Origin: an uncultured Actinomycetes bacterium
Lineage (GTDB): Bacteria > Actinomycetota > Actinomycetes > Nanopelagicales > Nanopelagicaceae
NCBI GenBank assembly: GCA_903822425.1
Contig: CAIJOY010000011.1
Location: forward strand, 3,408-67,407
Direction: 5' to 3'
DNA length: 64,000 nt
Part shown: piece by piece, positions 38,330 through 46,555 of the stretch
How positions within the stretch are numbered: position 1 is the first letter of the stretch
How the letters are laid out: every line of letters starts with the position of its first letter
The notes under the pieces: model-generated
Database searches by the model: none
Seen by the model: the letters and a program-made list of their open reading frames with translations, nothing else
Told to the model about the DNA's origin: nothing
Translations under genes and position numbers: made by a program

Positions 38330-40432
38330 CTAATGAGAAAGCGTAAAGCGCTTTAATGCTTTCGGTGCCCACCAATTTCGCTCACCAAATAGTCGCATGA
38401 GTGCAGGTACTAATAAAGCGCGAATTAATGTGGCATCAAGAATCACGGCAAATGCAACTCCAAAACCCATCAACTTAATCGAAGTGACCCCACTTGTAAC
38501 AAAAGAAGCGAAAACCACAGCCAATAAAGTTGCCGCAGCGGTGATGATGCGTGCAGACCTCTGTAATCCGGTCGCCACAGATTCGGTATTAGATTTACCA
38601 GCAAGGTGTTCTTCGCGGATACGAGATAGCAAAAAGATTTCATAATCCATGGAAAGTCCAAAGACCACGACTGCAATCAAAATCGTAGTTCCAGTATCAA
38701 TAGTCCCTGTCACAGTGAAATCGCCAAGGAGCCATTTGAGGTGACCATCGATGAAAACCCAGGTCAATGCACCAAGAGTTGCGACAAGTGAGAACCCATT
38801 AAGTATGACTGCCTTGATAGGTAAAATGATTGATCCAGTAAAGATAAAAATCAAAAGTAAAACGCTCAGTGCAATCCAGCCAAGAGCCCAAGGCAGTGTG
38901 TTCGCAATGCCATCTTGAGAATCGGTAAAATCAGCAGCTGGGCCGCCAATGAGAGTTCCAGCAGGGGCGCTAATTGCACGCAAGGCGTGGATCATCTCCT
39001 CGGCTTGAAGAGTTCTTGATGGCATCGATTGAACCGCGGTAATTCGCAAATCTGATTCAAACGTTTGTGCAGGGTTTACTCGAATGATTCCGTTTGTGCC
39101 TGCAACTTGCCTTACATATTGATCAACAAGTATTCCTTGCAAAGCACCATTTGGAATGATGATTTCCACAGGACTTCCTTCTTGACCACTGAATCGATCG
39201 GCAATAACTTGTGAAGCGATTGCAGCTTTGTTCGTGCTTGGCAAAACTCTGGCATCTATCTGTGCGAAAGCGATGTCTTTCATCGGTGCCGACAAAATGG
39301 CAAGAATGGTCAGTGACACCAGTACAACTGGTATTGGTCTGCGCATGACCATTCGTGCAGTAGCAGCCCAACGACCATCTTCCTTGGGAGTGATTCCGCT
39401 TTTGCGCACCACTCCTTTATCTACACGCGTTCCTAATATGGCCAAAATTGCAGGCAATGGAATCAGTGCACCAGCGATAGCAAGTGTGACGACAGAGATC
39501 CCTGCATAACCAAAGGACCTAAGAAAGGACAACGGGAAGAACGTCATTGCCAATAGCGTGACAAAGACAGTTACCCCCGAATAGAAAACTGTTTTACCAG
39601 CAGTGTCGACGGTTCGGACAACCGACTCCTCAACACTTTCACCTGCATGTAATTCTTCACGGAATCGGTTGACGATAAGAAGTGCATAATCAATTCCGAG
39701 GCCAAGGCCCAAACCAGTAATCAGGTTTAGTGCGTAGATGCTGACACTCGTGAAGAGAGAAAAGAAGAAAATTAGTAAAAAAGATCCGAGAATTGCACTA
39801 ATTCCGACGACCAAAGGCATTGCTGATGCAACGAGTGCGCCAAAAACGAAGACTAAGAGAATAAAAGTTAAAGGGATAGAAATCGCTTCGGCAAGTGCTA
39901 GGTCCTTCGATATTTTCGAATTGAGTGCATGTGTAATAACTCCGCCACCAGATGCATAAACGTTTAAGGATTCAAATTTTCCATCGTACTTAGCTTGAAT
40001 GTTTCGACCAACTTCACCAACTGCCGCGAAACCCGACTCTTTTGTGTAGATAAATAGAAATCCTGCTTTGTTATCTGACGAGGCAAGTGTTGGCACCTGC
40101 CCTGCTGACCAAAAAGATAAAGTTTTAGAAACACCGGGTTCTGCGGCGATCAGTTTTTCAAGGCGCTGTTCAGATTCTGCGACTGCCATATCAGTGATGT
40201 CGCGATTTCCGGCATCGATCACCAAAACTACGCCGGGATCTCTTACTTGGAAGTTTTTAGTCAAATATTTTGAAGCTTGAGCAGATTGACTCTTGGGATC
40301 GGAATACCCGCCACTATCGAGTTTTGAAAAAGACAGAGAACCTATGCCACCTGCAACGAGAACAAAGAGGATAAAAACGATGAGCGTAGATTTCTTACGC
40401 CGAACAATAAAGTGACCTAATGCGTTAAACAT
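38330..40432 (-). CDS. MMPL/RND-family membrane transporter
   Basis: About 700 aa. It has two 6-TM bundles, each preceded by a large extracytoplasmic loop. The start motif MFNALGHFIVRRKK is typical of MMPL. The ORF is open to 40507. The stop codon abuts the tRNA-Arg 3' end. Confidence 0.85.
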   Translation of the reverse strand: MFNALGHFIVRRKKSTLIVFILFVLVAGGIGSLSFSKLDSGGYSDPKSQSAQASKYLTKNFQVRDPGVVLVIDAGNRDITDMAVAESEQRLEKLIAAEPGVSKTLSFWSAGQVPTLASSDNKAGFLFIYTKESGFAAVGEVGRNIQAKYDGKFESLNVYASGGGVITHALNSKISKDLALAEAISIPLTFILLVFVFGALVASAMPLVVGISAILGSFLLIFFFSLFTSVSIYALNLITGLGLGLGIDYALLIVNRFREELHAGESVEESVVRTVDTAGKTVFYSGVTVFVTLLAMTFFPLSFLRSFGYAGISVVTLAIAGALIPLPAILAILGTRVDKGVVRKSGITPKEDGRWAATARMVMRRPIPVVLVSLTILAILSAPMKDIAFAQIDARVLPSTNKAAIASQVIADRFSGQEGSPVEIIIPNGALQGILVDQYVRQVAGTNGIIRVNPAQTFESDLRITAVQSMPSRTLQAEEMIHALRAISAPAGTLIGGPAADFTDSQDGIANTLPWALGWIALSVLLLIFIFTGSIILPIKAVILNGFSLVATLGALTWVFIDGHLKWLLGDFTVTGTIDTGTTILIAVVVFGLSMDYEIFLLSRIREEHLAGKSNTESVATGLQRSARIITAAATLLAVVFASFVTSGVTSIKLMGFGVAFAVILDATLIRALLVPALMRLFGERNWWAPKALKRFTLSH

Positions 40433-40481
40433 CTCCAACCTTCTTTTCAAAGACTGATCTGCTACTGATACTCTTGCTGCG

Positions 40482-40598
40482 ATGAGTGAAATCTGGCCAA
40501 AGACCACTTCTGACGAAATTGATCCTCGAGTTGATCAAGAAGAAGAAAAGCGCCGCGAAGATGAGATTGCCTCAGATAAACCCCCGCACCATGAGTAG
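40482..40598 (+). CDS. 38-aa acidic small ORF (weak candidate)
   Basis: Hand translation gives MSEIWPKTTSDEIDPRVDQEEEKRREDEIASDKPPHHE. It fills 117 of the 174 nt between the mmpL start and the fmdB stop. There is no convincing SD. Confidence 0.25.
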   Translation: MSEIWPKTTSDEIDPRVDQEEEKRREDEIASDKPPHHE

Positions 40599-40606
40599 CA
40601 ATAATT

Positions 40607-40891
40607 TTATTCAGTTTTCGCTGCCGGTGTGCTACTGCTCTCACTTGCAGGCTTAGGAACAATAGTATCTTTAGCCACACTTGATGTTGACGGTGGGGTT
40701 GTGGAACTTGCAGAATTCTTGGAGTCAGTTTTATAAAATCCGGAACCTTTAAATACAACACCAACGGCTGAATAGACTTTACGAACTTCCCCTTCACACT
40801 CTGGACAATGTGTGAGGGATGCGTCCGAGAAAGCTTGAAATACCTCAAACTCATGGGCACATGCGTTGCACGCATATTGATAGGTAGGCAA
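40607..40891 (-). CDS. FmdB-family zinc-ribbon protein
   Basis: The N-terminus is MPTYQYACNACAHEFEVFQ....CPECEG, with two CxxC pairs. The tail is Ser/Thr/Pro-rich, like Rv0991c. Confidence 0.82.
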   Translation of the reverse strand: MPTYQYACNACAHEFEVFQAFSDASLTHCPECEGEVRKVYSAVGVVFKGSGFYKTDSKNSASSTTPPSTSSVAKDTIVPKPASESSSTPAAKTE

Positions 40892-41008
40892 CGCTTGTCC
40901 GTTCTCTTAGGTGGGCGGGCTAGAAGCCAAAAGGTCAGTTACAGCACTAGAGGTAAGTCTAAAGAAGTGAGACGATAGAGGCGAATTGGGACCATCGATG
41001 AGAGGGAT

Positions 41009-41539
41009 GTGAGAGTGCGTAAAGGGTTTTGGGCCATTGGAGCCATGTTCTTGATGATTACTTCCACACCATTGGCTGATGCGAATCAGTTAGTAAGTAC
41101 AACTCCTATTAGCGGCTCAACGATTTCAACAGCTCCAAGTGCTGTGACTATCACCGCGCAAAATACTTTAATGGACATGGGTAATTCGGTAATCGTCACC
41201 GATCCAACGGGTCATCAAGTCGATGACGGCACCCTCAGCGTTGCTGATACCAGCATTATGGTTGGGCTACCGGCGCTTTCTGTGCCTGGAATATATACAG
41301 TCACATATTCACTCCTGACCGACAACGATGTGCCTCTAGAAGGTTCCTATCAGTTCACTTTCAATGCACCATTGATAATTTCTTCACCTTCTCCTGCTGT
41401 CACACAGAGTGCAACACCTGAACCATCCGCGACGAGCACTTCGAGCACATCAACATTTGTGATCGGAATGCTATTTGCTGCCATGTTAGTTTTCTTCTTT
41501 CTCATTTATTACACTGTAAGAATTTTTAGAAAGCGATGA
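41009..41539 (+). CDS. CopC-domain protein with a C-terminal membrane anchor (metal ligands apparently lost)
   Basis: It has a signal peptide and a CopC-like beta-sandwich pattern (LVSTTPISGSTI...PGIYTVTYSLLTDNDVPLEGSYQFTF). It is 4-nt coupled to the copD-like gene. The start is GTG 41009 or 41015. Confidence 0.6.
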   Translation: MRVRKGFWAIGAMFLMITSTPLADANQLVSTTPISGSTISTAPSAVTITAQNTLMDMGNSVIVTDPTGHQVDDGTLSVADTSIMVGLPALSVPGIYTVTYSLLTDNDVPLEGSYQFTFNAPLIISSPSPAVTQSATPEPSATSTSSTSTFVIGMLFAAMLVFFFLIYYTVRIFRKR

Positions 41540-43428
41540 TAAATCTTGCTGCATCTCTTCCTGTTTCCGGACCACTTGTAAGTGCCTTTGCAACTATAAG
41601 TAAATTTGCCGGCATCACGGCAAGTTTTGCTTTAGTAGGAACCCTTTTAGCTGCAGGATTTCTTTTAGAAGATAATGCAGGAACACTTTCGGCACCAGCT
41701 CTTAAGCTGCGCAAAATTGCCATGTGGTCAAGCGTTGTCTGGGGATTTGCGGTTATTGGTAACATTATTTTCACTCTTGCAAATATCTTAGGTTCATCTT
41801 TGGGAAGTGTTTTTCAAGGCTCTACGATTCGCTCTTTCGTTACACAAATAACTTTAGGGCAATATCTGTTTTTTCAATTATGTGTTGCGGTTGTCGCTGC
41901 AATAATTTCACCAAAATTGCACAAAGTTGGTGGTGCCATGCTTTTGCTCATTGGGGTCTTCTTCGGAATTCTCGCTCCAATATTTCAGAGCCATTCGGCA
42001 TCAAGTGGTTCACATGCATTAGCAATTGGATCCTTGTGTATCCATGTTTTAGCTCTTTCGCTTTGGATCGGTGGAGTTTTCGCGTTAGGTTTGTTAGAGC
42101 CGCAAGATCGCGCCATCGCTACGCCTAGATTTAGCCAATTAGCTCTCTGGGCGGCTATCGGAGTTGTTGGAAGTGGTGTCGCAAATGCATGGGCTCGATT
42201 GAATTTTGCCGCAGCCTGGCACAGTAGTTACGCCATCGTCGTTATTGCTAAGTCAATTCTTACCATCATTCTTATCTATATCGGCTACCTTCATCGCAAT
42301 AATCTTTCCTCCAAAAATGCTAAAGAAATTAATTGGCCTAAATTTGCACAATTGATCATGATCGAACTCAGCATCATGATCTTCACAGTTGCGCTGGGTG
42401 CGTGGTTATCATCAAATAAGCCACCTTCTCCTGCAGGAGATCCAAAATTTAGCGCTGCAATTACAGTTGCTGGTCTCCCTATGCCAGATGCGCCAACACT
42501 GAGTCGTATTCTCTTTTCTTGGAGCCCAGATGCGCTCTTCCTGGGAATTCTGATTCTTGCCGTAGCACTTTATGTGCGAGGAGTTTCAATTCTTAATGCT
42601 CGAGGAGATAAGTGGCCGATTCTTCGTACCGTGTCATTTGGCATCGGTATTGCTGCAATTGATTTTGCTACCAGCGGTGGTTTTGGTGTCTACGCACATT
42701 TTTCTTTCTATTTTCACATGATTGCGCACATGATTCTAGGAATGATTGCTCCGATAGCGCTGGTGCTTAGTGCTCCTATTACTTTGGCATTACGTACTCT
42801 CCCGCAAAGCCGTAATCACGAAGAACGCGGAATCCGAGGCACCCTCATCGCTGCATTACATTCAAAGTTAGCCGGTTTTTGGGTGAATCCGATTGTCGCC
42901 CTCTTGATTTTTGATGGTTCACTTTTCGCTCTCTACTTCACATCCCTCTTTGGTGGCATGATGCAAAGTCATACCGGCCACTTCGCCATGAATGTTCACT
43001 TTATTCTTGCCGGATTTCTCTTCTTTCATGTGATCATCGGGGTGGATCCAAATCCTAAGAAAGCGCCATATCTAGCCAGGATCGTTTTGCTCTTTGCAGC
43101 GATGAGCATTCACGCATTTTTTTCGGTGGCACTCATGTCCTCTACTTCTTTATTAGATGGTGGTTATTTTGCTCAACTGCAACGACCATGGGCTACAGAC
43201 CTTCTTGCCGATCAACATTTAGGTGGCGCTATTGGTTGGGCGATGGGAGAGATTCCAATTTTGCTAGCGCTAATCGCAACATTCATTCTCTGGGTGCGAG
43301 ATGACGGGCGAGAGGCCAAGAGAATAGACAAGAGCGCCGAACGGTTAGCTGCTATGGGACAACCAGATGAGTTAGCTGATTACAACGCTTATCTTTCCAA
43401 CCTTGCACAAAGAGATCGAGGTAAATAA
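41536..43428 (+). CDS. Fused CopD-like / cytochrome c oxidase assembly factor CtaG (caa3-type) membrane protein
   Basis: 630 aa with about 16 TM helices. The N-terminal half is CopD-like and follows copC. The C-terminal half carries His-rich TM motifs (FHMIAHMILGM, HFAMNVHF) typical of the CtaG/caa3_CtaG family. Confidence 0.72.
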   Translation: MINLAASLPVSGPLVSAFATISKFAGITASFALVGTLLAAGFLLEDNAGTLSAPALKLRKIAMWSSVVWGFAVIGNIIFTLANILGSSLGSVFQGSTIRSFVTQITLGQYLFFQLCVAVVAAIISPKLHKVGGAMLLLIGVFFGILAPIFQSHSASSGSHALAIGSLCIHVLALSLWIGGVFALGLLEPQDRAIATPRFSQLALWAAIGVVGSGVANAWARLNFAAAWHSSYAIVVIAKSILTIILIYIGYLHRNNLSSKNAKEINWPKFAQLIMIELSIMIFTVALGAWLSSNKPPSPAGDPKFSAAITVAGLPMPDAPTLSRILFSWSPDALFLGILILAVALYVRGVSILNARGDKWPILRTVSFGIGIAAIDFATSGGFGVYAHFSFYFHMIAHMILGMIAPIALVLSAPITLALRTLPQSRNHEERGIRGTLIAALHSKLAGFWVNPIVALLIFDGSLFALYFTSLFGGMMQSHTGHFAMNVHFILAGFLFFHVIIGVDPNPKKAPYLARIVLLFAAMSIHAFFSVALMSSTSLLDGGYFAQLQRPWATDLLADQHLGGAIGWAMGEIPILLALIATFILWVRDDGREAKRIDKSAERLAAMGQPDELADYNAYLSNLAQRDRGK

Positions 43429-43520
43429 TCTTTTTCATTCTTATGCGAATATTGAGGACTGGGGATCAGACCAGATCGAGACCGTTTTGAAAGTGCCTAA
43501 AGAGGCAGAGCGCTAGTTGA

Positions 43521-44069
43521 CTATTTAGAAAACCGAACAATCAAATTTGGGGTAGCAGCAGCATTTAATGCAACATCATGGTCTTGTCTAGGAAGAGATT
43601 CGCTAGAAATCTCTCCAGCATACGCAAGTCCAAGTTTCCAACCAGAAAAATGTGAGAGGGCTCGGTCGTAGTGCCCGCCGCCTTGACCAAGACGATATCC
43701 ATCACGATCTATATGAAGTGCAGGAACAATAATAATTTCAATTTCTGAAACGCTCTCATAAGGAGTTCCGGTTGGCTCCAAAATTTTGCCTCGAGCTTTC
43801 AAACTTTCTAGATTCCCGTCCCAAGAAATCCATTTCATCTGATCTCCTTCAACGCGAGGCAGAAGTACAGTGACTCCTCGCTTGAGTAACTCAGAATTTA
43901 TCTCCTGTGTGCTGGGCTCTTCCCCGTAAGAGAGGTAGGAGGCAACTATTTTTGCATTCGTAAATTCTGGTGCGGATAAAACGTGTGAAAACGATTCTGG
44001 GATGAAACTCACTTTGCGTTCACGTCGAAAACGTTCCCGCAAGTGGGCCTTTTCATTCGCTTTTGGCAC
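43521..44069 (-). CDS. 5-formyltetrahydrofolate cyclo-ligase
   Basis: 182 aa. It has a YRLGQGGGHYDR motif and IIVPALHIDRDG. Confidence 0.85.
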   Translation of the reverse strand: MPKANEKAHLRERFRRERKVSFIPESFSHVLSAPEFTNAKIVASYLSYGEEPSTQEINSELLKRGVTVLLPRVEGDQMKWISWDGNLESLKARGKILEPTGTPYESVSEIEIIIVPALHIDRDGYRLGQGGGHYDRALSHFSGWKLGLAYAGEISSESLPRQDHDVALNAAATPNLIVRFSK

Positions 44070-44112
44070 TTAAATCCCCTAGAAAGTTTGGTTTAACAAG
44101 TATGGTGTGATT

Positions 44113-45024
44113 ATGTCAGAGCAAGTACGAGTCGATGAGTTTCTCACCGCGCTTCTTTCCATCTGCCGACCTTTAGAAGCTTTCGAATTACCTTTGCTCG
44201 ACGCCCATGGAGCCACTTTGGCTCAAGATATTTATGCTGGTGAACGTTTAGTCATGCACTCTGGAACCCGGATTAGGTCAACCCATATCGGTTTAGCAGC
44301 ATCAATCGGGCTAGGGCATTTGCCAACTCTTCCTCAACCTCGAGTTGTTATTCTCTCGGCTGGTCCTGATCTTGTGGAACCTGGCAAAACTCTTTCCGGT
44401 ACTGAAGAATTTGAGACTAATTCTTGGTTACTCACAACAGCAGTTCGTGAAGCAGGAGCCGTGGGATATCGAGTTCACTCAATTCCTGATGATGAAGAGC
44501 AATTGAAAGCGTTGATGGAAGATCAACTAGTCCGGGCAGACCTTATTGTTGTAAGTGGTGAGCGAGGCGATGATTCTTTTGACCTCATCACTCGAGCGTT
44601 GAGCACGCTAGGTGAGATCACGACTGTAGATATAGCGATTGAAAACAGTGGACGTCATAATTACGGTCGCATAGGCCCAGATTCAACACCTGTTGTAACT
44701 CTTCCTGGCGATCCGATATCTGCATATATTTCTTTTGAACTTTTTGTAAGACCCATGATTCGTACGATGTTGGGCTCAGAAAATATTCATCGACCTTCGA
44801 TCAAAGCTAAATTGGAAAAATCGGTCGGTTCGACAAAAGGCGCTCGCACTTATTTGCGTGCTTTCCTTTCTGAAGATGGAAAAACCGTTCGCGCTTTGAA
44901 CGAACAAGAGGAGATGTCAACGCTGGCTCAAGCCAATGCGCTCATTTCAGTTCCAGAGGGTGATGCTGATTTGGCCGCTGGCAGCCAAGTCAATGTTGTT
45001 GTGCTGCGTCGTCGGTATTTCTAA
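44113..45024 (+). CDS. glp: MoeA/gephyrin-like protein (Glp-type), truncated architecture (303 aa)
   Basis: The MoeA N-terminal helix region, the MoCF-type central domain and a MoeA_C-like end (SVPEGDADLAAGSQVNVVVL) are recognisable. The position between 5-FCL and rimJ is conserved. Domain II is missing (see findings). Confidence 0.7.
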   Translation: MSEQVRVDEFLTALLSICRPLEAFELPLLDAHGATLAQDIYAGERLVMHSGTRIRSTHIGLAASIGLGHLPTLPQPRVVILSAGPDLVEPGKTLSGTEEFETNSWLLTTAVREAGAVGYRVHSIPDDEEQLKALMEDQLVRADLIVVSGERGDDSFDLITRALSTLGEITTVDIAIENSGRHNYGRIGPDSTPVVTLPGDPISAYISFELFVRPMIRTMLGSENIHRPSIKAKLEKSVGSTKGARTYLRAFLSEDGKTVRALNEQEEMSTLAQANALISVPEGDADLAAGSQVNVVVLRRRYF

Positions 45025-45033
45025 GAGGTACTG

Positions 45034-45615
45034 ATGTTAAATGGAAAAAAATCCTGGCCGGTAGTGATTCATTCAGGTGATGTGACTTTACGGCCGCTGC
45101 GTTTGCGAGATCAACGTCAGTGGAGCCAAGTTCGAAAAATAAATCGAATTTGGCTTACGCCTTGGGAGGCTACGCTGCCGCAGACTCCCGGGGAGGAAAG
45201 TTCTCGTGAGCTGCCTCATTACTTCGAGATGGTGAATGCATATAACCGAGAAGGTCGAGCCAATCGTTCGATCTCACTGATCATTTGGTATCAAGGTCAA
45301 TTAGTTGGTCAGATTTCTATGGGCGGCATCATCCTTGGCGCCCTTCGTGGCGCACACATTGGGTATTGGATCGATGAACGCTTCGCAAATCGTGGAATTA
45401 CCTCTCAAGCAGTGGAAATGCTGACCGAATTTGGATTTCGTTCCCTTCTATTACACCGCATTGAAATAAATCTGCGCCCAGAGAATGAGGCATCAAGGCG
45501 GGTTGCTGAAAAATGTGGTTACATCCTTGAAGGCCAACGCCCTCGTTACCTACACATAGATGGTCAATGGCGCGACCACCTCTGCTTTGTTAAAGAGAAC
45601 CCCGAAATCCGATAG
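45034..45615 (+). CDS. rimJ: GNAT N-acetyltransferase, RimJ/RimL-like
   Basis: 193 aa. It has LRPLRLRD at the N-terminus and a GNAT motif A (GYWIDERFANRGITSQAV). Confidence 0.8.
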   Translation: MLNGKKSWPVVIHSGDVTLRPLRLRDQRQWSQVRKINRIWLTPWEATLPQTPGEESSRELPHYFEMVNAYNREGRANRSISLIIWYQGQLVGQISMGGIILGALRGAHIGYWIDERFANRGITSQAVEMLTEFGFRSLLLHRIEINLRPENEASRRVAEKCGYILEGQRPRYLHIDGQWRDHLCFVKENPEIR

Positions 45616-45695
45616 TCGGCGGCAGAAAGATTCTTTGCAAAATTGGCGCGTAAATACCTATCGGTATGAAATTCGCCCTCTAATCTTTGTACATC

Positions 45696-46466
45696 ATGGC
45701 ATCAGGAATCATTTATGTAGCCATCGTGGGGATGTGGGTCGCCTACTTCGTTCCGCGATGGGTTCATAGCCACGACGAATTTTCTGGAAAATCTGTCGAG
45801 CGATATAAAAGCGCTTTAAGAATTGTGGCAAGTGGTACTAGTGCTGAAAATAGTACTGCCAGCGGCATGTATACAGATTTGGACCGCGAATCCAAAATTG
45901 CACAGACTCTAATGCGCCGCAGAATTATTTTTGCATTACTAGCTTTCCTATTTATATTCTCATTGCTTGAGGTACTTGTGAATTCAGCACCTGCTGCGTA
46001 TCCCTTCTTGCCGGTAAGTGGATTCGCAATCTATGTTGCCCAAGTTCGTCGCCAAACTATTGCAGAGCGTTTGCAACAGCGTCGTGTTATGCAATTGCAG
46101 CGGACAAATGCTGGAGTTTCACATACCAATTTGTCACAAGTAGTTTCGCCTCGTGAAGTTCGTGAACACTGGGTGCCATTAGCTGAACGCGAATTAACTG
46201 GTGTTGTTATATTGCCAAAAGGCTCTGCAGTTGATCGCAATGCTTGGCAACCCAAAGCTGTACCCGTGCCAACATACGTCAATGCTCCTAAAGCATTTCT
46301 TCCTAAACGTGTTATCGACTTAACAATTCCTGGTGTTTGGTCAGATGAACAAGAACGACTTGAAAAAGAAGCACTCGCCGCCGCCGCGCCTTCGCCCGAT
46401 GAAGTATTTGATCAACAGTTGGCAGATGAAGCAGTACAACGGTTAAAGAACGCGTCTAACGAATAG
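45696..46466 (+). CDS. Divisome membrane protein SepX/GlpR-like
   Basis: The N-terminal TM helix is MASGIIYVAIVGMWVAYFVPRW, followed by ERYKSALRIV and a second TM helix. The position downstream of glp-rimJ matches Rv0996 and the corynebacterial GlpR locus. Recognition is from memory. Confidence 0.6.
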   Translation: MASGIIYVAIVGMWVAYFVPRWVHSHDEFSGKSVERYKSALRIVASGTSAENSTASGMYTDLDRESKIAQTLMRRRIIFALLAFLFIFSLLEVLVNSAPAAYPFLPVSGFAIYVAQVRRQTIAERLQQRRVMQLQRTNAGVSHTNLSQVVSPREVREHWVPLAERELTGVVILPKGSAVDRNAWQPKAVPVPTYVNAPKAFLPKRVIDLTIPGVWSDEQERLEKEALAAAAPSPDEVFDQQLADEAVQRLKNASNE

Positions 46467-46478
46467 CCTTCAAGAATT

Positions 46479-46551
46479 GGGGCTGTAGCGCAGTTGGTAG
46501 CGCGCCTCGTTCGCAACGAGGAGGTCAGGGGTTCGATTCCCCTCAGCTCCA
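46479..46551 (+). tRNA. tRNA-Ala (anticodon CGC)
   Basis: The acceptor GGGGCTG/CAGCTCC has the G3:U70 Ala identity pair. The anticodon loop is TTCGCAA and the T-arm is CAGGGGTTCGATTCCCCTC. The discriminator is A, and no CCA is encoded. Confidence 0.92.
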
Positions 46552-46555
46552 CTTT

